Source: Phyllosticta citribraziliensis
Lineage: Eukaryota
Length of the DNA stretch: 64,000 nucleotides
Reading direction: 5' to 3'
NCBI RefSeq assembly: GCF_038025025.1
Contig: NW_027117349.1
Coordinates: forward strand, 868,001-932,000
Each line of letters begins with the position of its first letter. The stretch's first letter is position 1. The position numbers and the translations under genes are program-made. This document shows positions 24,957 through 36,910 of the stretch, piece by piece. The notes beneath the pieces were generated by a model, which made no database searches, was not told the DNA's origin, and was given only the letters and a program-made list of their open reading frames with translations.

Positions 24957-25818
24957 GATTGCCGCCCGACGTGCGCCGTGCAAATGGATTGGGATCGGCT
25001 AGGCCACGACGACGTGCTGGTGCTGGCTGGCTGGCTGGCGGGCGCGGATGAGATGAGGGGGGGGATATGATATTTGGTTGTTGCTGTTGCGACGCGCGTG
25101 CAAGAATGCTGAGGTGCAGGTGCAGCGGCCGAGTGGCGGCGCGGGAGCTGGCTGGCTGTTGAGTAGAGCGTAGTGTAAGGCGAGGTAAGGTAAGGTGGAC
25201 GTCCTGGGGAGGGTAGCGTATGCTGCGATGGAGGCGGCGGAGGAGGTAAGGTATAAGGTAGAGGTCGAGGAGAGCAGAGGGCGACAAACGAGGGACTGGA
25301 CTGGCTGGCGACGGACACAAACGAGGGACCGGTGCGGACGAGGACAGAAAAGGGAAGCAGCTGCTATGGTGGCCAACTATATGGCGCCGGCGGGGGGAGG
25401 GGAGCAGGCCAGGCGAGGCCAGGAACCGGAGGGGAAGTTTGACTGCCCTGCCAAAAGCAGAAGGGAACCGTATTTGATGGAATTGGAGGACGTGGGCCAG
25501 CCCACGCAGCCAATGGCCGTCCGAGCATACGCCGTAAACTATTACTCTACTCCTGGCAACAGCCAGCCCTCTAGCCCAGCCACAGCCCACAGGACATGGC
25601 CCAGAACAACAGCGGAGAGATTGAATCCTCTACAGACATCAGGGTCTGCCGCCGTGCGTGCCGTATTCGATTCGCCGTCTGGTGCATGTGCGCTGCGGGG
25701 AAGCCCGTCCACTGGCCCTGGACCCGATCGCCAGGGAGAGGTCAGCTGCAACCTCAACTCTCCCATTTCCCTCCACCAACAACGCCATCAACATACCACA
25801 ACAATCCCCCTCCCTCAG

Positions 25819-25902
25819 CGCCTCCGCCTCCGCCTCCCGCCTCCCGCCTCCCGCCTCTCCAGATCCAGATCCAGATCCAGTCCCAGTCCCAGTCCCAGTC
25901 CC
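25819..25902 (+). repeat. Compound microsatellite (CGCCTC/CGCCTCC, CCAGAT and CCAGTC units) just upstream of the MED31 start
   Basis: Read directly from the sequence. Confidence 0.85.
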
Positions 25903-25906
25903 GCAC

Positions 25907-26483
25907 ATGGCTGCCTCTGCCCCTGCCGCCGACCCGCTGTACGGTGGCTTCACGCGTTTCGAGCTCGAGCTGGAGGTGCGCTGCCCTGACCTCCGCTGTC
26001 CATGACAACGACCGTCCGGTAGTTACTCATCTCCAAAGCAGTTTGTCCAGTCGCTCGCCAATCCCTGGTACCTCAACCACCTTGGCGTGCAAAAGTACCT
26101 CGACAATCCTGATTTCCTCGCCTACATCGACTATCTGCACTACTTTCGCCAGCCCCAGTACGCCAGGTTTCTCACGTACGTCAGTCACATTTCCTCAGTC
26201 CATGTCTGTACCTTTCCTACCGTGCCTATCCCACCCACCCTGCCGGCTCAGCCGACGCCCGGATGCGTCCAAGCTCGCCAACGCCTGACGCTGCTTACAA
26301 TTGACACATCTGCACCCCCCTGCTATGCGACATGTACCGACGTAGAGCTGACTTGACAGTCACCCGGGCCCGACGTTGCGCGCCCTCGAGCTCCTGCAGC
26401 AGGATCGATTCCGCAAGGAAATCATCTCGCCCGAGCTCGTCGGCAGGCTGATCGAAGAGGGTGTCAAGGCCAGTACAAAGTAG
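25907..26483 (+). CDS. SOH1: Mediator subunit 31
   Basis: [54 protein letters not shown] across two introns. Confidence 0.96.
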
Positions 26484-27225
26484 AGACTAGAGACCCCCCC
26501 TGCGGTGCCTGCCTGTCCCTGAAATGGCCCGTACCCATCTGCTTCAGGGCCGCGGTCCGATGAGCACGGGACACGGCTGGTCGCACACGCTCCAATAAAC
26601 CGCCGCCGCCCCCTCCCTTTCCCCCTTCCCCCTTCTTCCCGACTCGGGCCCACGGGCGATGACAATTTAAAACGACACGGGCCACAGGCCAAGACGTCTG
26701 TATCCATGTCGACCACCACCGCCGTCGACAACACCATCCATCACTCAGCACGGCAAACGGCACCTCGCCAACGACCATCGTCCCCTGCCCTCCCCGTCGT
26801 CATTCCGGCCCAACGGCGAACCGATCCACCCGGTCACGCGCCATGGATCAGAGTCAATCTTCACCCACGCTGCCCGCCCTCTGCAACACCGCAAACACAA
26901 AAGTCAGACAATTGAGAATCAAGAAAAAAGAGTCCCTCCACCATCAAGCACAGTCGTCAGCTCAGCTCAGCTCCAGCTCGCCGAAACAAACCTTGCTAAA
27001 ATAAGCACCTTCAATCGAGTCTATTCTGTTCCAATCTTGGACTGGCCTCGCAGCAGCAGCACCGTGTGTGTGTACTACTTGCTCATCCATCCGCCGCATC
27101 ATTATTCTTAGCATCAGCACCGGGCACTTCCTCAGCAGTCGTCGACGTCGATGACGCTCGACCGTCATGTCATCTCCAGACGGAAGTGCCACCGCCAAAC
27201 CATGCTGTCGGGCTGCCTGCTGCCG

Positions 27226-27228
<3 letters not shown>

Positions 27229-27273
<45 letters not shown>
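27229..27273 (+). repeat. (CTG)15 microsatellite
   Basis: Read directly from the sequence; appears intergenic. Confidence 0.95.
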
Positions 27274-27274
<1 letters not shown>

Positions 27275-29962
27275 ATGCTAGCTAGCTGATGAGTGACGTG
27301 ACCAGTGAGATCGGAAGGAAGACGCCAAAAATAAGGGCGATGATGCATGCATGCACACACGCAAGCAACGATTGGGATGGTCGCTGGGCCCGCGTCCGTG
27401 GCCCTGCAGAACCTACTCGCCCCGGATAGGCAACCGGGTACCGTAGCTACCTAGTGTGGTGTTCCTAGCGAGGCACAGCCAGCCTCCAAGCCAGCCCTAC
27501 CGACGCCATGTGGTGCCGCCTCCCGCCGCGTATTGCGTACACACATATGTATTGTTGATGCGCGGCGGCAGCGCAAAAGAAACCAAACCAAATATGCCGA
27601 ACCATGCTGCCCATCCGCTGTTCCACCAATACTCGACCTCATTGACGGATGCAACTTCGCTAGTGGTCGACCGACTGGTTCCTTGTCTACGAGCGTGCTC
27701 GCCAGCGCCAGCCAGCCCCGCTCGCTTCAGTCGCTGGTCTTCTTCTCCCAAACGTCCACCATGTGTGCCCATCACCTCGCTCGCGCGCCGCCCGTCGGCT
27801 ATCACGCCGCCTCCCCGCCAATCCTCATCTGCCACCGACCGACCCTCGGGCGCCACCGCAGAGGGGGACGCCCGCAGCTGGCAGGTAGGTCGGTAGCGAG
27901 AAATCGCCTTCTGAGCTGCCTGCTGGCCTATCCACCGCTCGCTTGACTCCGTCCCATCTGTCATCCACCTGCCCGTCATAGACGGCAAATGTGGGTAGTG
28001 GGTACCGATATCTCGATAGACGATGCTTGACGATTCCGTCCGTTCGTTCGTCCGTCACGCAATTGCGCACGCAATGCACCGCATGTCTGTCTATCAGATG
28101 TTCAGACGACTCTGCTTCCCAATTCCCATTTCTGCTTGGCACCTCTTGTTTCTCAATCGAACGGGCTGGCGGTTGCTCATCGACGTCGAGTCCATGTCTA
28201 TGCACGTGTTGCCCTCGCGGACACTCTACCTTGGACTCTCTCGATATTCCTCGTCAGTCTCTCGCGTACCTCGCCGCCCTACATACATACCCACCACCTC
28301 AGTACCATACCACCTGAAGTACCATCCTCACAGATCTCCCCAATTCCAATCCAATCCAGTCCAGTCCCCCACGTGTGCGCCCTGCCGGCCCTTCTAGCCT
28401 GTCTGTCGTCCGTAAGGTAACGCTACGGTGGAATGGACGTCCTCGTATTCTGATAGCTGCCGATACGCACGCGCTGCGCTGGCTCGCTCGCTTGCTCGCT
28501 TGCTCGCGTATGTACAGTATGTACAGGACATACAGGACAGTGCGCGCAGTGCGTGCGGCCATGCGGACGGACGGTCGTATCCGAGCCCACGAGCCCACCC
28601 AGGTGGTCGGATTGGATCGGATTGGATCGGATTGATGGACAGGGGAGTGACAGTGCGCGGTGCACACGCTGCTAGCTAGCTAGCTACGGACATACAACGA
28701 CAGAAAGACAGAAAGATAGAGATGGAAAGTTAGATGTGCACATGTTGTTTAAAGGCACACACACACAAAGCCTACCACTGTCTGGAATGTGCAAGCTATC
28801 TGCGTACCGTGCTTATACTTTAGGAGCCATGAGGTGCAGCGGACGCAAGTAAATGCTCGACTGGCCGACGCGTTTGCAACGGCTAGTTGGCTGAGAGCTA
28901 CGGGCTGCGGTACATATGTAGCTGATGCGGAAGAATAATCGACAGGCGCAGAGGCTTTCGCGACTTGTTGTTTTACGCGCATGGCAGAGAAAGAGAAGCG
29001 TGGTGATGATAAAGTAAGGCACCTCGATATGAGAGCAAAGAAAATGTCACTGCCAGCAGACATCCAATGTATGTAGCCAGAAGAGAGCAGAGCAGCAGAG
29101 AGAGCGCTCACGGCTCAGGCTTTTCTGCTGTGCCATGTGCTACACATCAATGTGTCCAAGCGTATACGTCATTCTTTCTGACCGTTGACTTTCCCAGCTT
29201 CCAATTCTGTATTGTATTGTGGTGTCTTTTGCCGGACGGATGGCAGACCGGACTGAACGGGATGGGGCTGGACTGGACGAAGACAGAGCATGTGTGCGTA
29301 CCAGAATCGCACTTGATCTGATATCCCATTGAATCCATTCGTCCTGCTCGCAACTGCACATCGCAAACAGAGAAGTCGGCTGTGCTTGCTGGTCACCGCT
29401 CAAGAGTGGAAGCCATCGTGACCGATATGTACAGATAACCAATTATCGACTTTCGCCTCCGCTTTCTGCCGGCCAGTACCCAAGTTGTTCTCGGACAATT
29501 GATTATTGTTCGGTTTCGTTTCCAGTTCTCCTTCGGCAATGCGTCTAGCGCAAGCGCAGTCTTTCCGAGGGGCTTGCTGGGTTGGGTGTGTGGCGAAAGC
29601 GGAGAGAATAGAGAGGAGCAGAGTCCGCTCGTAGTTCCGACGCCTTGGAAGTTATCCTGCGACAGTGTGCTGAGGTGACCCTTTTCGCATAGCACACACG
29701 GCGACAACAGCGAGCGCCCCAAAGCGCAGAGCCAACGACGATGGTGATGGTGGTGATTCTTCTCGTATCCAACTCTTACAGCCGCAGCTCCTCCGAGCTC
29801 TCGCAGCCTCATTGGCAATCTCCACCACGCCGTGTGTCTCAATGCTCCTGGTGTCGCCGGTACAGTCGACGCAGCCCTTGCTCTCCATCTCAAATGTCAA
29901 CTCTTTTGTCCGTCTCTGTCGCCCTTCGCTCTTCTCCCATGGCTGCCGCCTGTCAGCGAAAT

Positions 29963-31111
29963 TCATGCGCCTGGCTGTTTTCGCTCTTTGCCCTTAGAGC
30001 GACATGAGACACCACCACCACCACCTTTTTCCTCCTTTCCTTTTCCCACGCGCACCCTGGCACCCTTTCTTTTCTTTCCCATCCAAATCTCTGTCCGTGA
30101 CTCGTTTTCCTTGCCATTCCGCACCTTGCCATGCTCCTCTCTCTTGCCACGGCCTCCCCACCCCCAGAAGCTCTGCCTCAACCCCTCCAGCCACCCTCCC
30201 TCGACAACCTTTCCCGCTGCCCCAAGTGCTTCGCTCAGGCCCAACACAGCCGTGACGCCCATCGCGCCCTCCAGCCTTTTGCCGCTGCGGAAAGGAGAAA
30301 AGTGCGGCGAGTCGTCCAGCACGAGTACCGTCCAAGCAATCAGGACCACGCTGGCTGAGAAGGCAGAGACGACGGCAATTGGCGATAATGAGACTTCGGG
30401 AAGTACGGAAAGTGCCTGTGACGTGTACGACAGAGGAGGCGAGGGCGCTCGGGGGAAATCGTCTTTTCGACGTTTGCTGCGTCGGACCGGAGTCTCCAAA
30501 TTCGGGTGAGGCGAGCGGTTGGCTGTCAGCGGCGGTGATGGCGATGGTGATGGCGACGGTTGGCCGTGGGCGTATGGCGCTGGAACCGAGCGCGGCGGCG
30601 TTCTCATTCCGTACGCGGGCCTGCTCCTCTTGCCTCTGGCTCCGGCCGAGGTGAACACGCGCGATGGTGACAGCGGTGACACGGGAGATAGAGGAAGCGG
30701 TGGAGGAAGCGGATATGAGCGAGGGCGTTTGCACGGCTGGCGTTGAGGCTGCGGTCTTGGTGTTGGAATTTCCGAGGAGACATCTTCTCTAGAATGCATC
30801 CGCGTTCGTACTCGTGGCGACAGTGGAAGAGGCGGAGGCAGAGGATGCGATCGTGGACGAGGAGTGCGTGGCCGAGGGAGCTGTCCAGAGTCAATGGCGA
30901 CTGATGATGTTGAGTGGGAATCAGTGGTCGAATTCATCCCAAGGAGAGGTGATGATGACGGTGGGGAGGTTGGTGGAGGAGATGTTGGCTGTAGCTCTAG
31001 GTCTTGTCTTCGCTCGACTGTCCGCCGCGGCGGTTGCAAGCGGAGGACCGGACGAGGGCGATGCTCGAGTGTCGTCGATGTCAAAGGCGCCGGCCATGGT
31101 GGTTGAAACAT
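29963..31111 (-). CDS. Orphan proline-rich membrane protein, 382 aa
   Basis: ATG-initiated ORF with a hydrophobic segment IAVVSAFSASVVLIAWTVLVL and a duplicated 15-aa motif whose copies differ almost only at synonymous sites. Confidence 0.62.
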   Translation of the reverse strand: MFQPPWPAPLTSTTLEHRPRPVLRLQPPRRTVERRQDLELQPTSPPPTSPPSSSPLLGMNSTTDSHSTSSVAIDSGQLPRPRTPRPRSHPLPPPLPLSPRVRTRMHSREDVSSEIPTPRPQPQRQPCKRPRSYPLPPPLPLSPVSPLSPSRVFTSAGARGKRSRPAYGMRTPPRSVPAPYAHGQPSPSPSPSPPLTANRSPHPNLETPVRRSKRRKDDFPRAPSPPLSYTSQALSVLPEVSLSPIAVVSAFSASVVLIAWTVLVLDDSPHFSPFRSGKRLEGAMGVTAVLGLSEALGAAGKVVEGGWLEGLRQSFWGWGGRGKREEHGKVRNGKENESRTEIWMGKKRKGARVRVGKGKEEKGGGGGVSCRSKGKERKQPGA

Positions 31112-31923
31112 GGTCAGATGCCGTCTTGCAGGGCTCCACCAGTATTTTTCTGGAGTTCAATTGCTTTTAACACCGCCTGGGTGTTCAAAATGGGCGTTGG
31201 TCAAGGGTCGGAGAGTTTTCAGGTTATGTTGAGGGCCTTGATGCATGTGTTCTGCATGTGCTCCCGCGGACTGCCTGGCCTTCCTTTTCGTTCCCGATGG
31301 TGGTACAGTCTTGACAACACCACGCCGGGTGTCCGACGAAGGATCCTTCTGCTTTCTTCCTTTTCAAGTTTTCGTCTCCCAATTTCCTCCGTTCTCACTA
31401 ACCCAATGGCGCTATAAGCGTTGAACTAGTAAAGTCGAATGAAAAAGATCAACCTTCAAGAGCTTTCAGGGCAGCGCATCTGCACTGGTCAATCACTCCA
31501 GTCGGTCAGCAGTAGTAATGTCAGTGGTGAACATTAGATGTTTCAAGTGTTTAAGGAGGATGCATGTCGGTAGGCGATCGTATAGATAGACGTGCTCTGC
31601 GCTAGGACCAAGGGGCACCGTAATAACGAACAAATAATCGACAGCTCAAATAGGAGATCGTGCCCAGAAATAGACATGTTCTAAGAAGCCAGACTCTGTA
31701 GTAGGAAATTTCATTTCGAGGAAGTCGTGACTTTCAGTGACTTGCCTGATTCGACCGATCCCGCTTGCGCCGCCGTGCATTGAAAGCCTTACTTTTGGGC
31801 CGTGAATAACCTCAACGCCTGTATGCGGGTATAACCAATCGCCATGATGTCGCAGAATAAACCGTTGCTTGCCACGCAATGCAATGTAAGAAAGCAAAAG
31901 CCATGCTCGGTTGTGGAAGTGCC

Positions 31924-32638
31924 TCATTCGCGCCATTGCTTGGAGCAACTGACACACTGTGATATGCATTAGCGAGACGGATCTGATGGAGTGCAGCGAT
32001 ACAGACTTTGTAGAAGCTCGTCATGGGCTCATCAGCACTACGAATCTGGATTTGGTAGTAGAATGCCCTCGAGTGGCCGCAGTGTGGGCATTGAACTGCA
32101 GAAACAAGTCAGCCAGCAATTCTTTAGAATCCCACGAGCAATCCATGCGCAAATATCTGCCGACATCAGGGGCACATGAATGCCTCTGGCCGTAGATCCT
32201 CCAGCTTCTCTTGCAGGTGCTCCTGTGGCCATGACAGAGGTCTTTGCGCACACCACGAACTCTTCCCTTCACCACTGCCGCAAGAGTATACGTACCATCA
32301 GTTTGGTCAACGTTCTTCCATGCATCTTTGCCTCCCAGCACATCCTCAACCTCCTTGCGCTTCATCTGCTTTCGCTCGAAATAGCGACGATCGAGGACGT
32401 ACTGATACGGGCAAGTGCGGCATTCGAAGCGATTCTTGCCTCGGAATGCGGCATCCGGGCTACTGTCTGGAATGTTGTCGGGTACTTTGGAGACGGTGAG
32501 CGAGTTGGAGCATGCCGGACAGACTGGTTGCTCAAGTTAGTTTCGTGCGGTGGCGCTGTGTGGATGCGGTGGCGCCTGTAGAGGAACCAGTCCGACTTGG
32601 AAGAGGTCTAGACCAGCACAAGACTTACAGAGCAGCAT
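31924..32638 (-). CDS. RPC11: RNA polymerase III subunit C11
   Basis: MLLFCPACSN..FECRTCPY..EVEDVLGG..VQCPHCGHSRAFYYQIQIRSADEPMTSFYKCVSCSKQWRE over four exons. Confidence 0.96.
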
Positions 32639-33099
32639 TTTGGAGCAGTCCGACTGTGTAGAGTTAGAGTGGCAGGCTTGCGAGAAAGGTCGAGGCCTGG
32701 GTGCCGTGACGCAGCTCCAAAAATGTTGCCGATCACCGCGGGGAGCTGAGCCACACCCATGGGAAGCCACACGATGCCAAGCCACTGTTGGCTGCCTCCA
32801 TTGGTGCGCACCGGCAGGTACGGTACTCCTGATTCATCCGCGTTTGGCCTCAGGAACCTCTGGACTGTATCACTGCTCCTGGAAACTCGAAATTGCATCC
32901 GCTCTTTTCCTCGTCAACCACTCACCCTCGCCAGTCCGCTGTCGTTTGCGTCGCCGCCGCAGCCTGACTTGTGCAGCCCGATCACACCTCCGCCAGCCCT
33001 GCCCCTCTGAACCCCGCCGTCTTCCGCCTTCTCCTTCCGCTCGGCTACACAATACCTTAACTTTTGGTCCACTGCAGTCCCTGCAGCCTGAGGAACATC

Positions 33100-33736
33100 A
33101 TGACCGATGACGGTGCCTCTCCGCGGGAGCTACTCATGGAGGCTTGCCGCCGCAACAACACATCCCTGCTTGAAGAAGTGCTGGCCGACCTCACTGCAGC
33201 AGGCGGCGAAAAGGCTACGGAACACGTCGCAAAGGTCCTGAACGAGGCACGAGATGGTATTGGGAACGGACTGCTGCACTTGGCAGCTAGCAACGGAAGC
33301 TGTACGTCTATCCAACCACACCGCTGCTGCCTGGGTGGCGGGCTGGGCGTGGGCAGCGTTGACCACACGGTTGCTGACGCTTCGGATAACAGACGAAGTT
33401 CTCGATGTCCTCCTCGATCAAGAGGGCCTTGAAATCGACGAGTTTGACCGCCTCGAGAAAGACACGCCGCTCCACAAAGCCGTCCGCTATGTGAATTCGC
33501 TCAGCCCAGACGAGTGGGAGGCAGGCCACCCGATTGTCGACATTCTCGTGGATGCCGGTTGCGATCCCAGAATACGGAACAAGGCAAAGCTGCGTCCCTT
33601 TGATCTGGTCGATCCACGCAATCAGGACCTGAGGAAGATGCTGCAGCAAGCCGAATTCACCATGATGGCAGGCGCCGACATCGTGCAGGAGGACGAGGAA
33701 GACGGCGCGGGCGGAAGTGGAAGTGAGAGCGACTAG
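33100..33736 (+). CDS. Small ankyrin repeat protein with an acidic tail
   Basis: GNGLLHLAASNGS-YEVLDVLL and DTPLHKAVRY; one intron at about 33302-33392. Confidence 0.9.
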
Positions 33737-34229
33737 GCCGTCACCAACGGAGTTTTGGGTGGGTTCAAGGTGGCTCTGTTGATTAGACATGGACATGGGG
33801 TGGCGCAGATCACAGCAGAGCTTTTCAGTGAATGTCACTACCAGCATAGACAAGCGTTGGCTTGAACGTCTGATTATTGATATCCCCTTGCGTCTCAGGC
33901 TGTGATATTGCGCTGCGAGCGCAGACCATTTCCTCTGCCGCAGCTACTCCCTTGCTCAACTGTTTCGGCTCCCGCCCGTGGCGTGGTAGCTGAAGATGTC
34001 CATGTTCCTCCGGCATGACACGCGCTTTGGTAGATGCTTCCATCGTGATGAAGCAAAGCCATGATTCAGCGGTCACTCCCATTCTTGAGACGAGGGCAGC
34101 GGACTGGAGCGTGGCGAGAGTCGAGTGTCGACGAGTCTGGCGCTGTAGCTCGCACTCTTGAGCAGATTTGGGCCAATGTTTGCACAGCGCCCTGCACTAC
34201 GACATCCGTGTAGTGGTCCCAAAGCTGTT

Positions 34230-34537
34230 TCAATCTTGTACCGGTGGTGCTTTGCCAGCGGGTTGTATCATTTTGTGTATCATCTGCACGCGAACCTTTT
34301 CGCGAGGCTCGCCCATACCGAGGGCCGTGAAGGAAAGCAAAGCAGGATGGCCGGCCATGGAAGAGTAGTAGTCGCGCATGCCGTTGACCTTGAACTCGTG
34401 GGCTGTGGTGTCGGCGTGGCCAGTTCCCACGTAACGGTTTTGAAGGGCTTCGAGCTGTTGCTGGGTGCGCAATTTGTCGGCCTGATATGGCGGTTAGCTA
34501 CGAGAGCATGTTGCGGTGGACATGATAATGTTACCAT
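34230..34537 (-). CDS. YSF3: Splicing factor 3B subunit 5 (SF3b10)
   Basis: The first coding exon is the ATG alone, followed by ADKLRTQQQLEALQNRYVGTGHADTT..RDYYSS. Confidence 0.95.
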
Positions 34538-34918
34538 TTTGAAATCTGGCAAGTGGAAGATGAGCGCTCGGGTTTTTGGTGCGGGCGTGGGATGTAGATT
34601 CCAGGTCGACAGGCGGGAGTGGAGAGCAGATGGATGAACGCTCCCGCCGGGCTGGCGCTCGACGTACAGATGGCCCGTGCGCTCCTTGCTGGTGCAGGCC
34701 CGGTGGACTTCCTGACCTTTCTTTCCTTCTCCAACTACTCCGCTTCCTCTTCCGACACCAAACTCACTCGATTGATTTGTACGTTCGTGTCTGCATCAAT
34801 TGTATCGACAACTCCAGGCCTCGCAGCTAAACTGTGTCGCGCACTATTTTACGCTTATTGGAACGCATACACTTTTTCAGTTCTCATCTCGGAACGTACC
34901 ATCCAATTGCTGGCCAAC

Positions 34919-35569
34919 ATGCCAGTTGAACCCATCACGCCTGGCTCACCGGCGCGTTCTCCCAACGAGGATGAGCCAATGGAAGATGCACCTTCGGATA
35001 CGGCTGGAAGCACCAAACCGGCAGCCATACCCTATTCCCGCGCCTTTGAGGATGGCATCATGAATGCTGTGCTCAATCCACCACCTGCCGACGGCGAGCA
35101 GGCCAAGGAGCCACTACCGCACTATATGCTAGGACGAAACGTGGATATCCCTCCAAACGAACTGCCTCTTCCATTGGACGACCCGCGCAGAAAATACCAA
35201 AGCTACCTGCCTGGCGTCAAATTGACGCATCCCATGGGAGCCTATGAAGGTGGCCCCGCTGATCTATCCGAAGACGAGAAGGCATTTGCCGCGGAGCTTA
35301 TCAAGAAGTACGGCGTCAAAACGAAAGAGGATCTTGAAAGAGCAAGACAAGTTGAAATCGACGCGGCCATGGAGGAAATGCGCCGCGTAGCGCAAGCGCG
35401 CAAGGAGGCCATTGAAGAGAATCAAAAAATCGAGCGCGAACTCAAAGCTCTCAATGACCAGCGCGAAGTCGAGTTGCGCGCAGAAAAGAACATTATTGAA
35501 AAAGCCAGGGCAAAGAAGGAAGAGCGCAAGGCAAAAAAGACCAAACTGAAAACGAGCTCAGAGGTTTAA
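34919..35569 (+). CDS. Hypothetical protein with a C-terminal coiled coil; a spliced extension is possible (see findings)
   Basis: 216-aa ORF with start context AACATG and an E/K/R-rich helical tail. Confidence 0.75.
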   Translation: MPVEPITPGSPARSPNEDEPMEDAPSDTAGSTKPAAIPYSRAFEDGIMNAVLNPPPADGEQAKEPLPHYMLGRNVDIPPNELPLPLDDPRRKYQSYLPGVKLTHPMGAYEGGPADLSEDEKAFAAELIKKYGVKTKEDLERARQVEIDAAMEEMRRVAQARKEAIEENQKIERELKALNDQREVELRAEKNIIEKARAKKEERKAKKTKLKTSSEV

Positions 35570-36910
35570 GGCTCAATTTTCACCTGGTCTTTACTTGCTT
35601 TTGCTGATGCTTTCTGCGTCTAGGCTTTTTTTGGCGCTTCGACCCTTTCTGCATCCGACGGCAACATGATTGCTTCCAATGCGCTGCATAAGCCCGACCT
35701 TGAGCCCGACCTTGAGCCCGGGGAAATTCCACAGGGTGCGCCGGAACATATGGACCTGAGCCCTTTCGAGAGAGCATCTAGGATTAATCTGCAAAACACC
35801 GACAATGCCCCTCTTACCGCGTCTTATACCACTGCCAATCGTTTCCCACGTCGAGCAATCCGAGGAAAGTCGACCGACTCGCTGCACAATTCGAATCGAT
35901 TGCCGCTTAGGCGGCGGAAATCACGCATCCTGAGAGGCCAAGGCCGTTCCGCTGGAATCCATCCTTCTTCCGGTGCCACTCATCCCATGGCACGACAGCC
36001 TCATGAACTGCTGCAGACCTCTTAGATAGGAACATTCGGTCCGCACAAACCACAGGCTGGGGTACACCAAGGAAATCGTAGGGAATCTTCCTCGTTGGCC
36101 GCCATTCGTACTGCAGCTCCAGGTTCACACCCGCTCCCGCCGCGTCCTCCTCCGCCGTTGGCCCCTTGGCCCGCAATCACAAGCCAGAGGCGACAGGGAC
36201 ACGGTGGAAGTCTTCCTTCTTCTGCCCCCAGTAACCTTGTAGTTAAGCCATCAAAACTACAATCAGCTGCGCAGCATGGCCAACCACAAAAGCCTCCGAG
36301 CCAAGGATCTCGTCGGAAAAGCAAGGAAGCCCGCAACAAGGACATCCAAGGTGGAAAGATCAAGCACGAACGTGATCTTCTCGATGACGAGGCAAAACAG
36401 CTACAAGAAGAATCGGAGAGAGAGTTATTCCTCATGGAATTAGAAAGACAGAGACAGAAGAGACGCAAGGATATGGCGAATTTTTGGGCAACGAACCCCT
36501 TGTGTTGAGCGTCATGGCCTCCAGTGATTTACAGCGTCGCGTTAGTCGTCCGCAGGCGGCCGCTTCTTGGACAAAATATTCTTTACGGGGCGTTTACAAG
36601 AGTACCCATTTGTATTCTTGATTGAGGGGTCTGTCATAGCATTGAAATGAAATCACTCAAGAGACTAAGAGCTCTCCGCAATGTGACCTGCACCTATACC
36701 ACCTCGGTCGTCTCTGTGCCCATGACTAAGCCTTTCGGCCAATCAAATGCCGGGTCGCCCGCCGGGTAGCTCGCTTGTAGAGCACCATCTCCCAACGCCA
36801 GAATGCTCACCATGTCCATCAGCTTTACAAGAAAAGCCACGAACTTCGGACCCCTCAGAAAACATTGATGAACTCGAGAAATTTTCCTCGATACAACCTC
36901 ACCATCTGCG

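Noticed and set aside
29367..29376. ACAGAGAAG, resembling the U6 snRNA box
   Set aside because: The flanking U6 sequence (ATTAGCATGG) is absent.
26500..29900. Many short ORFs, including polyQ/polyA frames
   Set aside because: Microsatellite-rich intergenic DNA with no motifs or coherent exon chain, and no recognisable ncRNA.
32098..32295. Long RPC11 intron as a possible snoRNA host or stwintron
   Set aside because: No clear C/D or H/ACA box architecture and no nested splice signals were seen.
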